Below are positions 1-11,279 of a stretch of DNA of 64,000 nucleotides, one piece after another. The notes below the pieces were generated by a model. That model was not told the origin of the DNA. It did no database searches and saw nothing but the letters and a program-made list of their open reading frames with translations. This stretch comes from Bigelowiella natans CCMP2755 (taxonomy: Eukaryota > Protista > Cercozoa), in the NCBI GenBank assembly GCA_000320545.1, contig ADNK01002140.1, positions 124,001 to 188,000 of the forward strand, written 5' to 3'. How positions within the stretch are numbered: the first letter of the stretch is position 1; every line of letters starts with the position of its first letter. Both the position numbers and the translations under genes were made by a program.

Positions 1-728
1 TCACTTCCATCTATCATCATTTCCAGTTCACTAAAGCCTCTTCTAAAATCGTCTTCGTCAATGTCTTCGAAGGGTCTCATACTCCGTATTGCTTCTGTCC
101 AGTCATCGAAGGAAGTGTGGACGATTATGCTGGAGCTTTTCATTTTCACATCGAAGCCGACCTTTTGCAGACGTTCTGTGAAGAACGTCACTGGCGGATG
201 TGATCTCTTCCAATAATCAGCTAGAAGAGGGAAGAATGGATAATGGCTGCAATCATGAGGTCGAGTGTAAATGACAAGTCTCCCGTCGGCTTTCATCTGT
301 TGGAATAAACCGTAGAAGAAATCTGCCATTGATTTAAGTTCAACGTCAAGTGCAGGGTCGATAAGAAGCGCCCTATCAATCCAAGGATCGTGCGCTCGTT
401 GAGAAAAGCTGAAAAAGTCTGTGGTGACCACAGTTTCCGTCGACTTCGAGTTTTCGGCATCATTATGAGACTTAGGGCTTAAGATGTTCGTTTTCTTTAT
501 GTCAAAGCTATCGAAAAGGGATGCCATCTCGGGGTCTGATGTGAAATCAACGACGACGTTCGAATCCGTTGGAAGAATACTCTGGCGAAGAGTATTGACT
601 TTGAAGCTTCTGAACTCCTCGTCTTGGTAAACAGACGACGAAAACTGCCGTTCCAAACACCACTTTGGACGGCGTCGTAGGAAAGCCCGGCGCATTTTCG
701 TTGCAGCAGTGATTCTAGGGATTGCCAT
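1..728 (-). CDS. Class I SAM-dependent methyltransferase-like protein with an Arg-rich, possibly mitochondrial, N-terminal leader; 3' end runs off the window
   Basis: Hand translation from ATG 728 is open to the window edge: MAIPRITAATKMRRAFLRRRPKW...VVVDF...DFFSF...WIDRALLI...FFYGLFQQMKADGRLVIYTRPH...YPFF. This resembles the later MTase motifs. It is absent from the ORF track because there is no stop in the window. Confidence 0.55.
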   Translation of the reverse strand, partial: MAIPRITAATKMRRAFLRRRPKWCLERQFSSSVYQDEEFRSFKVNTLRQSILPTDSNVVVDFTSDPEMASLFDSFDIKKTNILSPKSHNDAENSKSTETVVTTDFFSFSQRAHDPWIDRALLIDPALDVELKSMADFFYGLFQQMKADGRLVIYTRPHDCSHYPFFPLLADYWKRSHPPVTFFTERLQKVGFDVKMKSSSIIVHTSFDDWTEAIRSMRPFEDIDEDDFRRGFSELEMMIDGS

Positions 729-1829
729 TGTACTTGATATCACTATAGACTTGAATCGATGGTTGGTAAATATTCGTAGTGGATGCGGTGACCAGGAGAG
801 AGAGAGTGACGTAGGGGGTTGTGGTAGTTCATGCACCACCACTTGCGACAAGGGTTCTCAAGGGTTTTTGGCTAATACAGCCTTTTGATTCCCTGCGACA
901 TCCCATATTGATTGTCGTCTTGTCACCACCGCGAAAAGGCTTGAAAATGCGTGCAGCTGCTGGCACCTCTTGATGCTGCACTGCTCTGAGCGGTCCGAGT
1001 TGTTCTACAAATCGACCACATCGCAACAGTGATCGTCGTTTCTTTGATGTGCACATTCCATGGCTAGATGTGGAGGAACACACCGTCTTGAATTCTTCAG
1101 AACCTCACAGCCACGCGATCACTAGGTCAGTCCGCGCAGAGCAGCCGGTCACGCGCAGTGAGTGCGATGTGTTCGTTGCCTTGTGGACTGACACTCCAGG
1201 ATGTTTTCTCCAGTTCTGGGACCTTCAACAACTGCACGGGCTTGCTTCGACGTCCATGGATGAGAAGTGAGACACACACATGCAATGAAGAGTTTTGTCT
1301 CGTCTAGTCGTCGCCACGTGATCACGTGTCTTGCTACTTTTTGTTTGCACGTGCACCACTCTGCATTGCAGGCAGGCGCAGCGAACGCCAGGATGCGCCA
1401 TCCATGCGCGTGGACCAGCTGTAACATTGACTGGTTCCTACACCTTGCACACACACACACACACACACACATGCACGTTGATCAGCGCGTGCGTGTCTAG
1501 ATGTGAGCATGAGCGCGATTCCATGGCCATTAGCAAGCTGGTCCACAGACATGCTAGCGCATAATGACTAGATATCGCAGAATGGAGCATGGCATGACTC
1601 GGTCATAGTATAATAGAGCGCGCACTCTCTAGCGATAGTCTCTGATTTAGCGCTTGTGATGGATAAAATTGAGGTTTCATTAAATGCGCAAGATCGTAAA
1701 CTGAAATGGCTTTCCACTAGCAGTTGAAATGCAATCTCTTGTTCATCCAATTTCTCAACGCGCTTTCAAGCTGGTGAAACACCGCAGTGTCATGATCATG
1801 ACAGCATATGTGATCATTGTCACCATCCT

Positions 1830-3076
1830 TCAATCGCCATCATTCCCCTCTTCACCTTGGATATATGGAGATATCTGCACGGCGGTAGAAGGTTTGAATT
1901 CGCTTATACCGGATGGGTCACGCACCTGCTTTTGCAACAATAAGGAACACAAAAAAGGTTGTCGTACTGTTATCTAATAAGGCTTAATTAAACTGTCAAC
2001 TCTATATCTCTCATATTTATGTCAATATAGTAGCTGGTCAAACCTCCCACGTGAATGGAAATGGGACATCAAGTAGAAGATTCATTTTGTACACGGTTTC
2101 CATAATTTTATATCTGGTATCGTTGCTCAAAAATTGGCCTTGACCACCCCGAACATGGTTCCCCTAGTTTGATAAGGAAAATTTGCGAAAATTATTGCCA
2201 ACACAGCTGTTTGTGTCCGAGTGTTCAGGTAAAAGGGACGTTATCATGTTTTCCTTTCTGCAAAAATGATGCTTACATATACTTATTCTCGTACAGAGAT
2301 ATGAATATACCAAGTTATGAATAACATTTCCAATGTGGTTGTAGATAGTGTCGATGTGCTGACGGCGACCATCCGGACGAATCTCGAAGTCTTCTAATTC
2401 AGGAATCCTTTTGTATTATGCAATAAGAAATATTTTCTCATAAATGACGTCGAATACACAGAATCAGGAAAATACATCATCACCACTAATCCCCAATCTA
2501 TTTATCCTTCCGCCTTCATTATCACCACCTTACAACAGCGTACTTTGACTTTAGGAAAACCGTCCAAAGATCCTTTGTGCTATTTATTTTAAAGACCATC
2601 TTCCTCGGTTGCCACAACTCTTTGCCCTTTTCTGGTCGTACTCTGAAAAGCAATTCATCCTACGTAGTCGATAAATTAACAAAAAAAATGATGATGGCTA
2701 ACACTAATAATAATCTTAAATTTCTTATTTTCATTTCTGGCTGGGAAATGTTTGATTTGACACGGTATCTCTACTTCAAAGCTATGAACGTATCGTGAAA
2801 ATCTCACTGTCTCCTTTCGAACTGTCTCCCTATTGTCTACTAATATGAATAATAGTTTTCCTCCTCGTCCTCCCTGAGCCCAAAATAGCACAACGTCAAT
2901 ACCGTTTTCTTTGGATTGGTCTTTGTTTGAATGTGCGGGAAGCCTTGCATAAAGGTGCTGAACTCCATATTGATGGCTGAATTTAGTTCATCTGTGAAGA
3001 AGAAACAAGAATGTACATGAAATGAGGACAACTTTTACCATTAAATTCACACACACACACACACACACAGACACAG

Positions 3077-3121
<45 letters not shown>

Positions 3122-3554
3122 CTTGAATGATATATTCAAACATCAAAATATTTCCTTTGATACTGTTGTTCTTCTTGCTGAAAGAAAAACTCACTGAATT
3201 TATACCAATATCTTCGTATCCTAGGTTGTATGCAACAAGGTTGCCAATTGCACTCACAGGCAGCCAACCCTCAGGTTGAGATTCAAATATCTGTATTAGT
3301 TAATAGTCATTACGGCAAGCTTTTTTGAATTCACGTAAAGCTTTTGTTTATTCCTGCTACCAAGAATAAATTATTACAGAGTATCTGTTTGCTTAATATT
3401 GGCCAACCTGCTGTAAGAGGGTTAAAATGTCAGTTTTCGCTACTACCTGTTCAATCTCAGTCAGTATCGCTTGTACTTCTTGATGTCCCAGATCCACGCT
3501 ACACTGTTCTAGGAACGTGCTGGTGTTTGTGATTTTATTTCTACCATCATTCAT
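1830..3554 (-). CDS. Multi-exon protein with a C-terminal ZPR1-type A/B-like domain; no zinc finger seen
   Basis: Spliced in frame via GT-AG introns: ...IFESQPEGWLPVSAIGNLVAYNLGYEDI|DELNSAINMEFSTFMQGFPHIQTK...|DELLFRVRP...VFKINSTKDLWTVFLKSKYAVVR|IPELEDFEIRPDG...IDTIYNHIGNVIHNL|...LLDVPFPFTWE|VRDPSGISEFKP...stop. The KS-IPEL-EI and FT-x-x-x-DPSG-S elements recall ZPR1. Start codon uncertain (3554 or 3680). Confidence 0.6.
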
Positions 3555-3739
3555 CGAACCGGACTGGGAAACTCCTTGTGATTTTGAACAAGTCTGTAAT
3601 GCAAGAATGGTAAGACTAGGTTCTCCAATATAGCACGGATGTAAACCCAGGATTATAAATACTGACAGTTTCAGCAGCATCGCCGAGGCTTTTCTTCAGA
3701 ATAGAACTGAGGTATGCACCGCCTCCGTGCAACCTTCCG

Positions 3740-4600
3740 ATGGATTTTGAAGACAATGAAAAAGAAGTTCTAGATGGTACGAACGACGATTTCGGCGAAG
3801 TAGATTCAGAACCCTGCGAAAACATACCAGAATCATCGCGAAAAGTTAAAGAGACACCTTTCATAATTTTCCATCATCATCATACCTTCGATCTAGATGC
3901 TGAGCGACACAAATGCTCGGCAGGCGATTGAAGTAAGGAGAACCCAGCGTTTGATGTGATTATTTGGTGAAGTTGATATTTGGACTTTGAAGACTCATCT
4001 TTTGGATAATTTATCGAAGTATGATGACGTAGAAGCCCACAGATGGAAAGCAGCAATATTGAGGACACTCTAAAGTCGTAAATCAGGTGAGCGTGACGAG
4101 GCATGGGATGGATTGACTTTAAATGGACTTCGGAAGATCTTAGATCTGCAGCCACACGGCCTCTAGACCTACGGTTTACAATGAAATCGCTGGAAAGTAA
4201 TTTAGCGCGTACGTCGCCGTAAATAGTGTCTGCTCTCCCACCAGATGCCTCTCCCGACCGTTGTGTTGCTATGATGTATGCGAATCGAATTATCCCAGAT
4301 CCGCAACAGGCACTCTTGAACGCCGCTGCTGCTTCATCATTGTTGCATGACAATGTTTCTAAATATTTGGTTGTTTTAGGTTGTCGCAGGGTCAAAATGC
4401 TATGGGATCATTCTTCATTTATTTGCACAGGAGGCATGAGCGTAGGACTCAAAACTCACTTTCGTTCAGTCCTCACTGAAACCAGTTCGAGGCACTGCAT
4501 TTTGCACGCTGCAAGTGTCTTGCAACACTTTGGAAATGTAGTTTTTCATCATTGTTTCATTGTTTTCAGTCTTGCAACACTGTGGAAATGCAGTTCATGA
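3740..4600 (+). CDS. Hypothetical multi-exon protein whose last exon runs into the TpA-depleted block (possibly damaged)
   Basis: In-frame model with canonical introns: MDFEDNEKEV...SSRK|MLSDTNARQAIE|MESSNIEDTLKS|SAATRPLDLRFTMKSLE|NASPDRCVAMMYANRIIPDPQQALL...YLVVL|GGMSVGLKTHF... No family recognised. Confidence 0.4.
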
Positions 4601-6045
4601 CACATTGTTCAGCTCCAACACTCGTTCATTCAATGGAATCACTTCGTGTTTCATGTCAAATTGCGGATGACGCAACGTGATGTGTGTGGCATGTGCAATG
4701 TCACTGCCTAGCTGCGTCCATCATTCAAATTGAAATCAATTGTGTTTCAATGTTCACACTCACGCAAAGCTCATCATTCACTTGTTCGTTCGTTCAGCAC
4801 ACTCCAACGATCCCCTCCAGGAAGGGCACATCCGTGCTGCATCGTGCCGCCCACACGTCACGTGTTGCACCACTGTGTCCAGAGCGCGTCGGTGATCGAT
4901 GTGTGCACTCATCTGGCACTGACAACAAGACTGCAAGACTGGAAGAACAAATCGTCACGAGGCGCGACCGTCGATCGATCGATGAGTTCGTGGCTTGTGG
5001 AGACAAACCAATGACCTGCGCAAGCGAGTTGCGCTTCGCCAGTCGTGAAGGACAGAGCCGCAGTGTGGCTGAACAAAAGTGGCTCACGTGCCACACCGCA
5101 CACAAGGGGTTGTGTGCCAGGCCAGCCAGCGGGAGCTGACGCAGTGCAATGCGCGCAACTGGACAAGCACGTGCAATCACCGTGCACACGCACGCCAGCA
5201 CGGCCTCGATCTTCCAACAACACCGGATCATCCGGCGACGACCAATTTTCGGACGCTCCCGGGACGTCTAGACGTCGTCGTGTCGCTTCGCAGCGAAAGT
5301 GCGAGCGAGGCATCGTGCAGGAAGCTGGCATTGCGATCGTGACCATCGTTCTGACAAAAGTGAGCGTCATCATCACCGGAAACTGCGATGCACATGGCGG
5401 TGTGGATGACAGGCAGTGCTAGCTGGGGTGCGTGTGATGAGGGCAATTTCACTGGTCCAGTGTGCAGCGGTTTGCAAAGTGAGTCTGGAAGTGAGGCTCG
5501 CATGTTGTTTTGCACGATGAACAATGAGCGCAACAGCTCTGAGCTAGACGTGCTGGAGTGGCACAGTCTGACAGTGAGACTGGAGACTGACGGCCAGACC
5601 AAATCGCGCAAGACTTGGTGGGACAGCGAAATCGACCAAGTTTTCATGTTGGGCCTAGCGCGTCAATGTTCGCCCATGCCAGCATGCGGCGGAGAGACCG
5701 TGTGCCATGAGCTTCATGCACATCATGCAGGGCTAGAGGGGACATTGCGTGTTGCTGGATTGCAGCATGCACATTCCAGCATTGCGGACAATGCGACCAA
5801 TGCATGCGTGCAATGGATGCAAGGTGTCTGCCATGCATCACAAATGCAGTGGCAACTAGCGGACACCACGCCATCACGCGTTGAACACGCACCCAAGTTT
5901 TTCCCAGACTTGAATTGGAATTGCACTCTGTTCCACACACTTTGGAGGCCTCTTTCGATTCACTGCCATTCATGAAAATGTGCTCATGATGGATCTGACA
6001 AATCCAAACACAGCTTTGACAATGCGAATGTTCTTCGCTTCTTTG
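4541..6045. other. TpA-depleted hypermutated block, core 1
   Basis: Only 7 TA dinucleotides in about 1505 nt, all within CTAG (4708, 5268, 5419, 5544, 5655, 5733, 5856). CA/TG-rich; CpG, ApT and ApA remain common. Confidence 0.9.
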
Positions 6046-6486
6046 CTACACGCTACAGCTTGTCCACTACTCTCAGTGTTGTTGTCCTTCCTGTTCTGTT
6101 CTTCTCATCGTTCCCCGCTGTTTCAACAGAGAGTGTCGCAATGAAGAGCAGTGATCACGTGTCTACATGCCACAAAGCTTTCCACCGTCGTCCTCATCAT
6201 GACCGTTAGAGTCGTTTTTAGGATTGGAGACACGTCAACTGATGTTGAAATGGATGAGGGCTCTGTGCTGCATCATGATCTAAATGTGAATCAACAAAAA
6301 TGAATGTCAGGGAGGGCAATGTGAGAATGGAGGACAATGTGTCTTCAACATGATGACAATGGACAACACATGTACCATGTACATGTTTTCACATACCACA
6401 CATGTGCCATCATCAGTAGCAGAGAATTCTGCATTGTGCACGAAGTGTGCACTGTGTAGTTTTGCTGTTGATCTCCACACATTCAC

Positions 6487-7101
6487 TCACTGCCCCGTCC
6501 TAATTCTAGACAATCTTTGGAAGGCAAATTTTGTGCTTAATGCTAAATGCGATGACACAGTATGCGTTGATCCTATCGCAACTACCGGCTTAGTTGTAGC
6601 CCATTTGAAGAGGTCCCTCGCAAAGTGCTGGCAATTGCTCGAAAGGTAGTCGCAATGATCAGAATGGCCCATGACGAACTTCTTGATGTCCATCATGGTC
6701 ATTTTCCTCCATGGAGTGCGGCGGGTGTGCTTTGCATCGATGAGATGCGTGTGAATATGGTGATACGCACAGTACTCACCGATCCTTCGACATTCTTTCT
6801 CATCCTGGCAGGCGATGAGTTCGACACCTCGGCGTGATTTTTGAGCAAGGAACCAGAGAAATGCCGGGTGGCCCTTGTCATCATCCCACGCCGCTGCTTT
6901 GATCTGCAACCACCAGTGCGCCATAGAAATCCCTATTGCTGGGTGTGAGATTGCACTTCCTATCTCTCCTGGCACCCCTCCAATGTAGGCAGACAGGACG
7001 CTTAGGTGCACCACCAGAGTTCGTGTTGCCTGCGTGTCGCTCAAAGTAGACACGTCATAGCCTACGTGCCCCTTGTCCGACGAAGAAGAGGAAGTACCCA
7101 T
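6487..7101 (-). CDS. Single-exon PPPDE/LRAT-like (permuted papain-like) protein, apparently eroded by TpA mutation
   Basis: ORF contains AHWWLQI (candidate catalytic His) and HCDYLSSNCQHFARDL, matching the Y-x-x-L-x-x-NC-x-HF motif with Cys at the expected Tyr position. Confidence 0.55.
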   Translation of the reverse strand: MGTSSSSSDKGHVGYDVSTLSDTQATRTLVVHLSVLSAYIGGVPGEIGSAISHPAIGISMAHWWLQIKAAAWDDDKGHPAFLWFLAQKSRRGVELIACQDEKECRRIGEYCAYHHIHTHLIDAKHTRRTPWRKMTMMDIKKFVMGHSDHCDYLSSNCQHFARDLFKWATTKPVVAIGSTHTVSSHLALSTKFAFQRLSRIRTGQ

Positions 7102-7751
7102 GAAGGGGAAAGAATGCACAGACAGTTTTGGAGACGTGGACTGTTTCAGGAGAAATCCTCTTAGGTCTCATACTGTTCGTTGGGAAGGAGCTGGCTCGCG
7201 TCATAGTGCGATGTGGGTATCGGAAAAACATCGAAATAAAAATATAATTAATGAGATAAATGGGACGTAATCCACATTTACGACAATCCTTTATTGAAGT
7301 CTCTTAAACGAAATTAGGAGTATTTCTGTCTGCTCCGACAGGTATCTCAGAAGTTACGACAATAAAATATTTCTGGGAAAAGCACATACGAGTCCCACAC
7401 ATCCCATTGAAAACGTGATGCTACATCTTAAACAAAACCTTCGAGCATGAATTCTTTTCTGTGCGACAGTTCCCTCTTGATATGGCACACTTTGATGGAT
7501 TTTGAACGTTAAGACTTTGTGTTTAAGCTGTCGTTTTTCTTTACCTCCTGCATTCGAGGATGATTCACAGGAAGGAAATAAACTTTCAGAACAGTAATTG
7601 ATTAACCATAAGATAAAAATACATAAATCTATCTCAGCAATATATGTTTGGAAAGGACGTCAACAATCATGTGACCATTCCAGGAATTTTAGACGATTTA
7701 GATCTTCCTCTAAAATCTTAAAAAGAAACTTCGACTGCACAGAATATTAAG

Positions 7752-9646
7752 ATGGAGACTGCCCGACCCCCACCTGAATCAACATCGGAGGCTGGGGAAG
7801 AATCTATGTTCCAGAATCACAACCGAAAATCACTCGATCCAGATATTCGTAGAGATGATGCAGATTCATCTGCTAAATCCGAAAGGTGCGCTGTCGCATT
7901 TTCCTGAGTTGCGGTTCACGTGGTGATAGATGTTAAAACAAATGTTTCTAGGGATAGCTCAAGACCAAAGATAGTCTACACTAGAGAAGAAATGCTAGCG
8001 CTCTCACAAATTCCAGCATCTAAAAAGAAGCCCGCTGGGCTAAATAATGACTTCATGAGGTCCACAAGCGCCACTTCTTTAACTTCCGGCAAGTGAGTGT
8101 GATTTGTTTATTAGTGGTCCAAAACATCTGACTGATGCGCGGAATCGTGGTCGTAAAAACCGGTGGGAGGACCGGGGGCGAAAGTGGAGTGATGGTGAGA
8201 TTTATCGCTTTCTTTTTGTCAAAAATTAGCCCAATGACATGAATTACATTTCAGATTCGTCCAGTAAGAGAGGGGATAAATATCGTCCCAAAATTGGAGA
8301 TAGGGATAACAGGGGAGGAGGTGGCTGGCGTGAGCAACGATCGAATAGGTAATTACTTCCGCGAATCCCTGATTCATTACAAATCATACCTTATCCCTTC
8401 CATTTTATGATACAACTCTTAAAACGAAATAATCGTGACAGGTCGCGGAGAGGTTCAGACAAAGACGCTGAAAGATCTTACGGGCGAAGGGATGACCGGG
8501 GAGGGAAGAGACGAGATGGATATCAGGAAAATAACAGAAATCATGATGGGCATAGAAGGGATTGGGATCGTGAAAGCGAAGAGATGCCGGAATGGGCAAT
8601 GGACGAAGGAGATGATGATTTTGATTTTGACAAAGCAAATCTTGAGGATGATAGGGAAAAGTATAAACGTAAACATGGTTTAAAAACCAAAGAAAAGAAG
8701 CCAACAGAAACGAAGCTTTCCACCAACGATATAGTGCCCTCAGAAGAGAAGAGGGGAGAAGTAGCCTCCAGAGATCCGAGCGACGCGATAGAATCTAGCA
8801 AAGTTGATAAAATGTTCGCGTCGTTTGGAAGAGACCTCAAGCTAGGCAAAAATGATCTTTCATCTGCAGGATTGGGTTTTTCTATTTCTGATCGAAGACA
8901 GGGAAGTCAAAGATCCAGATTTGGTTTTGGAGCTGACGGACAGAACTCGATAGAGAGGCGCTCTCGCTTTGGATTTAAATTGAAACAGGACGACCCTACT
9001 CCTCCAGGATTTCCCGCTGGGGAGGAAAACAGACCAATTGCACAGTTGCAGCAGCAACTTAAAAATTCTAATGGTAAAGACAGGGATGGCAACAATGTTA
9101 AAACCAACAATACTGCTTTCACACAGCGAATTAGTGATCTTTTCAATAAAGGATCGGCCGGACAAACAATGACAGCATCATCATCATCATCATTATCATC
9201 ATCCTCAACACCATCCATGAGTAAAAGACCGCATGTGCCTACGAATGTAGACGGAAATGGTAGTCAACAACAAGAAGGCGGAACCCCCGCTCTTCCGACT
9301 CTACCAGATTTACCAAACCTTTACGGAGAGTCGCCATCAAAGGAGCATCCACCTCGTCTTTCAGAGAAACAGAGGTTCTTGATGCAAGTTAAAGACGAAA
9401 AGTCTAAGGGTAATATAATGTCACAGCAGAGGCGGAATGTGGAAAATGTACACTCAGCAGAATATAGTAAGCAACATGGCCATCAGAATCGAGTAAACTA
9501 CTATAGGAATGACTCTCACCAACATGCCGCTGCTCAAAAGGCTCGTAAGGCTCAGATGCAGCAACAGCACCACCACCATCAAGCTTACAATCAATATCCT
9601 TCCTACAATTTTAATCCTGGGGTTCCACCACCACATCCTGGTCAAA

Positions 9647-9678
<32 letters not shown>

Positions 9679-10199
9679 AATATGATGTATCAATCGGCAC
9701 AGATGCATAGTATGAAGAGGGCAGCGTCACCACAGCAGTCTCAACATCAGCATCAGCAGTATTACATAGAACGCCAGCAGCAGATGATGCGCCAACAAAA
9801 TGTACAGCAGCAACAACGTCAGTCACGCCATCAACAACCTCAGATTCAGCATCATCCTAATCATCAACATCCTCCTCCTCATGTAAACTACCAGCCTCCC
9901 CACCCTGCTCTCCAACAATGGGCAGGGGGATCCCGAGCTCATTCTGCTCCACAGGGTGGTGCAGGAGAAGGGTCAAACTACGCTGCTGCAGCTCAATCAC
10001 AACGTCAGCATGTATATAGTAGTACCAGGTAATCCAATATCTCAATTATCGTGGCTATTTGGATTCAATTGTGAATGAGTTCTTTGTTTAAACTTGCAGG
10101 CAATCCTATCATCCCGAATATACGAACGGAGAGAAATCAAGTCGCGAGCAGAATGATAAGCAGCAGTTCAAGAAATTCTTCGGCCATATGCTAAGCTGA
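7752..10199 (+). CDS. eIF4E-binding, Gln-rich protein (4E-T/GIGYF-like)
   Basis: ATG 7752. Exon 2 encodes PKIVYTREEMLAL, a canonical YxxxxLphi motif similar to GIGYF YGREEMLAL. Later MPEWAMDEGDDDFDF and a Q/H/P-rich tail. Large exon in ORF 8407-10032; last intron 10029-10099; TGA at 10197-10199. Confidence 0.6.
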
Positions 10200-11279
10200 T
10201 ATCTCGAAGTCACCATTGGGTAGATTTCCCCAGAGTCGCGTTTGCGTGAGCTTGCATTATTTCGCAATTTGCCATTGCTAGCAGTACAGGGTTGTCGTAC
10301 TTCTACAAGATCGTTTATGCACAAATAATGTCATTCTTACTAGAGTCAAATCGCAAACCTTTGGTGTGTACAGAGAGCCCCGAGGGTCGATGCATAAGAT
10401 GAGTTTACTATGGTCATGCCAAATACGTGCATCCACAAATGGATGTCATATCGAACGTTTGCATTGTTTCTCCGCCTGTACGTTCAGCGCTACCGATTTG
10501 GGCTTTGGTCACGTCCCACAGCATAATCCATCGTCAGTGTTGTACGTGTGGTGGATTTGCCTTGTTATTGCACGCAATGCACCCATCTGCATGGCAAGCT
10601 GCTAGATCGTACGCGAATATAGCCTTCGTGGCTCTATCACCCCGCATGCACAGTCAGTACATCTAGACATGCTAGCTAGCATGTGCAACCGCTAGACGAC
10701 TATCTAGCCGTGTACGTGTACTAGTGTGTGCGAGTGGCTCATGCCATTTGCATCGATTTGATCTAGCGACGGGCATAGTCTAAAGGGCTCTGCCGCGTGC
10801 CCCTCTTAAAACATGCTAGCATGTGTGCTTTAGGACATATGTGACATGTGACATAGTTCACGTGTGCTTAACCACGAGCCATTATTAGCCTGCCCTTTTC
10901 CATGCACTAATCTAGTAATTGCCATGATGCCGTGCAAGCTATACTTGTGATGTTAGCGCTATCTAGCTATGCTAGTATGCTGCGATACATTTCACACATA
11001 CTGCATAGCATGCGAACAAAGTGCCGAACACGACACAGTTGTGGACACAGCTCGTGGATACAGCTCGATCATGCTAGCATGTATAGCATCGTATTAGGCA
11101 AATGTCAAGCAAAAATACCGTCTACATCTGTAGCTAGCTGCGATCGCGATACTCACAACGCAAATCAATGCTAAAACACATAGAATAGTCATTTTATGTT
11201 TTTGTCGATTGTTGTGAGTAATAGCTAGATGTGTGCCTGCGACTCAAATAAACAGGAATGAAGTACATAAATAAATTCT

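Noticed and set aside
1-728. Methyltransferase-like gene as the effector of the mutational signature
   Set aside because: No DNA-MTase catalytic motifs (PC or DPPY/NPPY) are visible, it has an organellar-type leader, and proximity is uninformative for a genome-wide process.
1448-1471. (CA)n tracts as converted (TA)n fossils
   Set aside because: (CA)n and compound (CA)n(TA)n tracts are also common in unmutated introns, so they are not diagnostic.
3880-4395. 171-aa minus-strand ORF as a gene
   Set aside because: The plus strand gives a consistent spliced model with canonical introns, so this ORF is most likely its antisense shadow.
4684-5975. Dense overlapping ORFs in all six frames (also at 829-1564, 52035-53774 and 62354-62675)
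   Set aside because: Loss of TA removes most TAA and TAG stops, which inflates ORF length. The translations are His/Cys/Val-rich and almost Tyr-free, so they were not called as genes.
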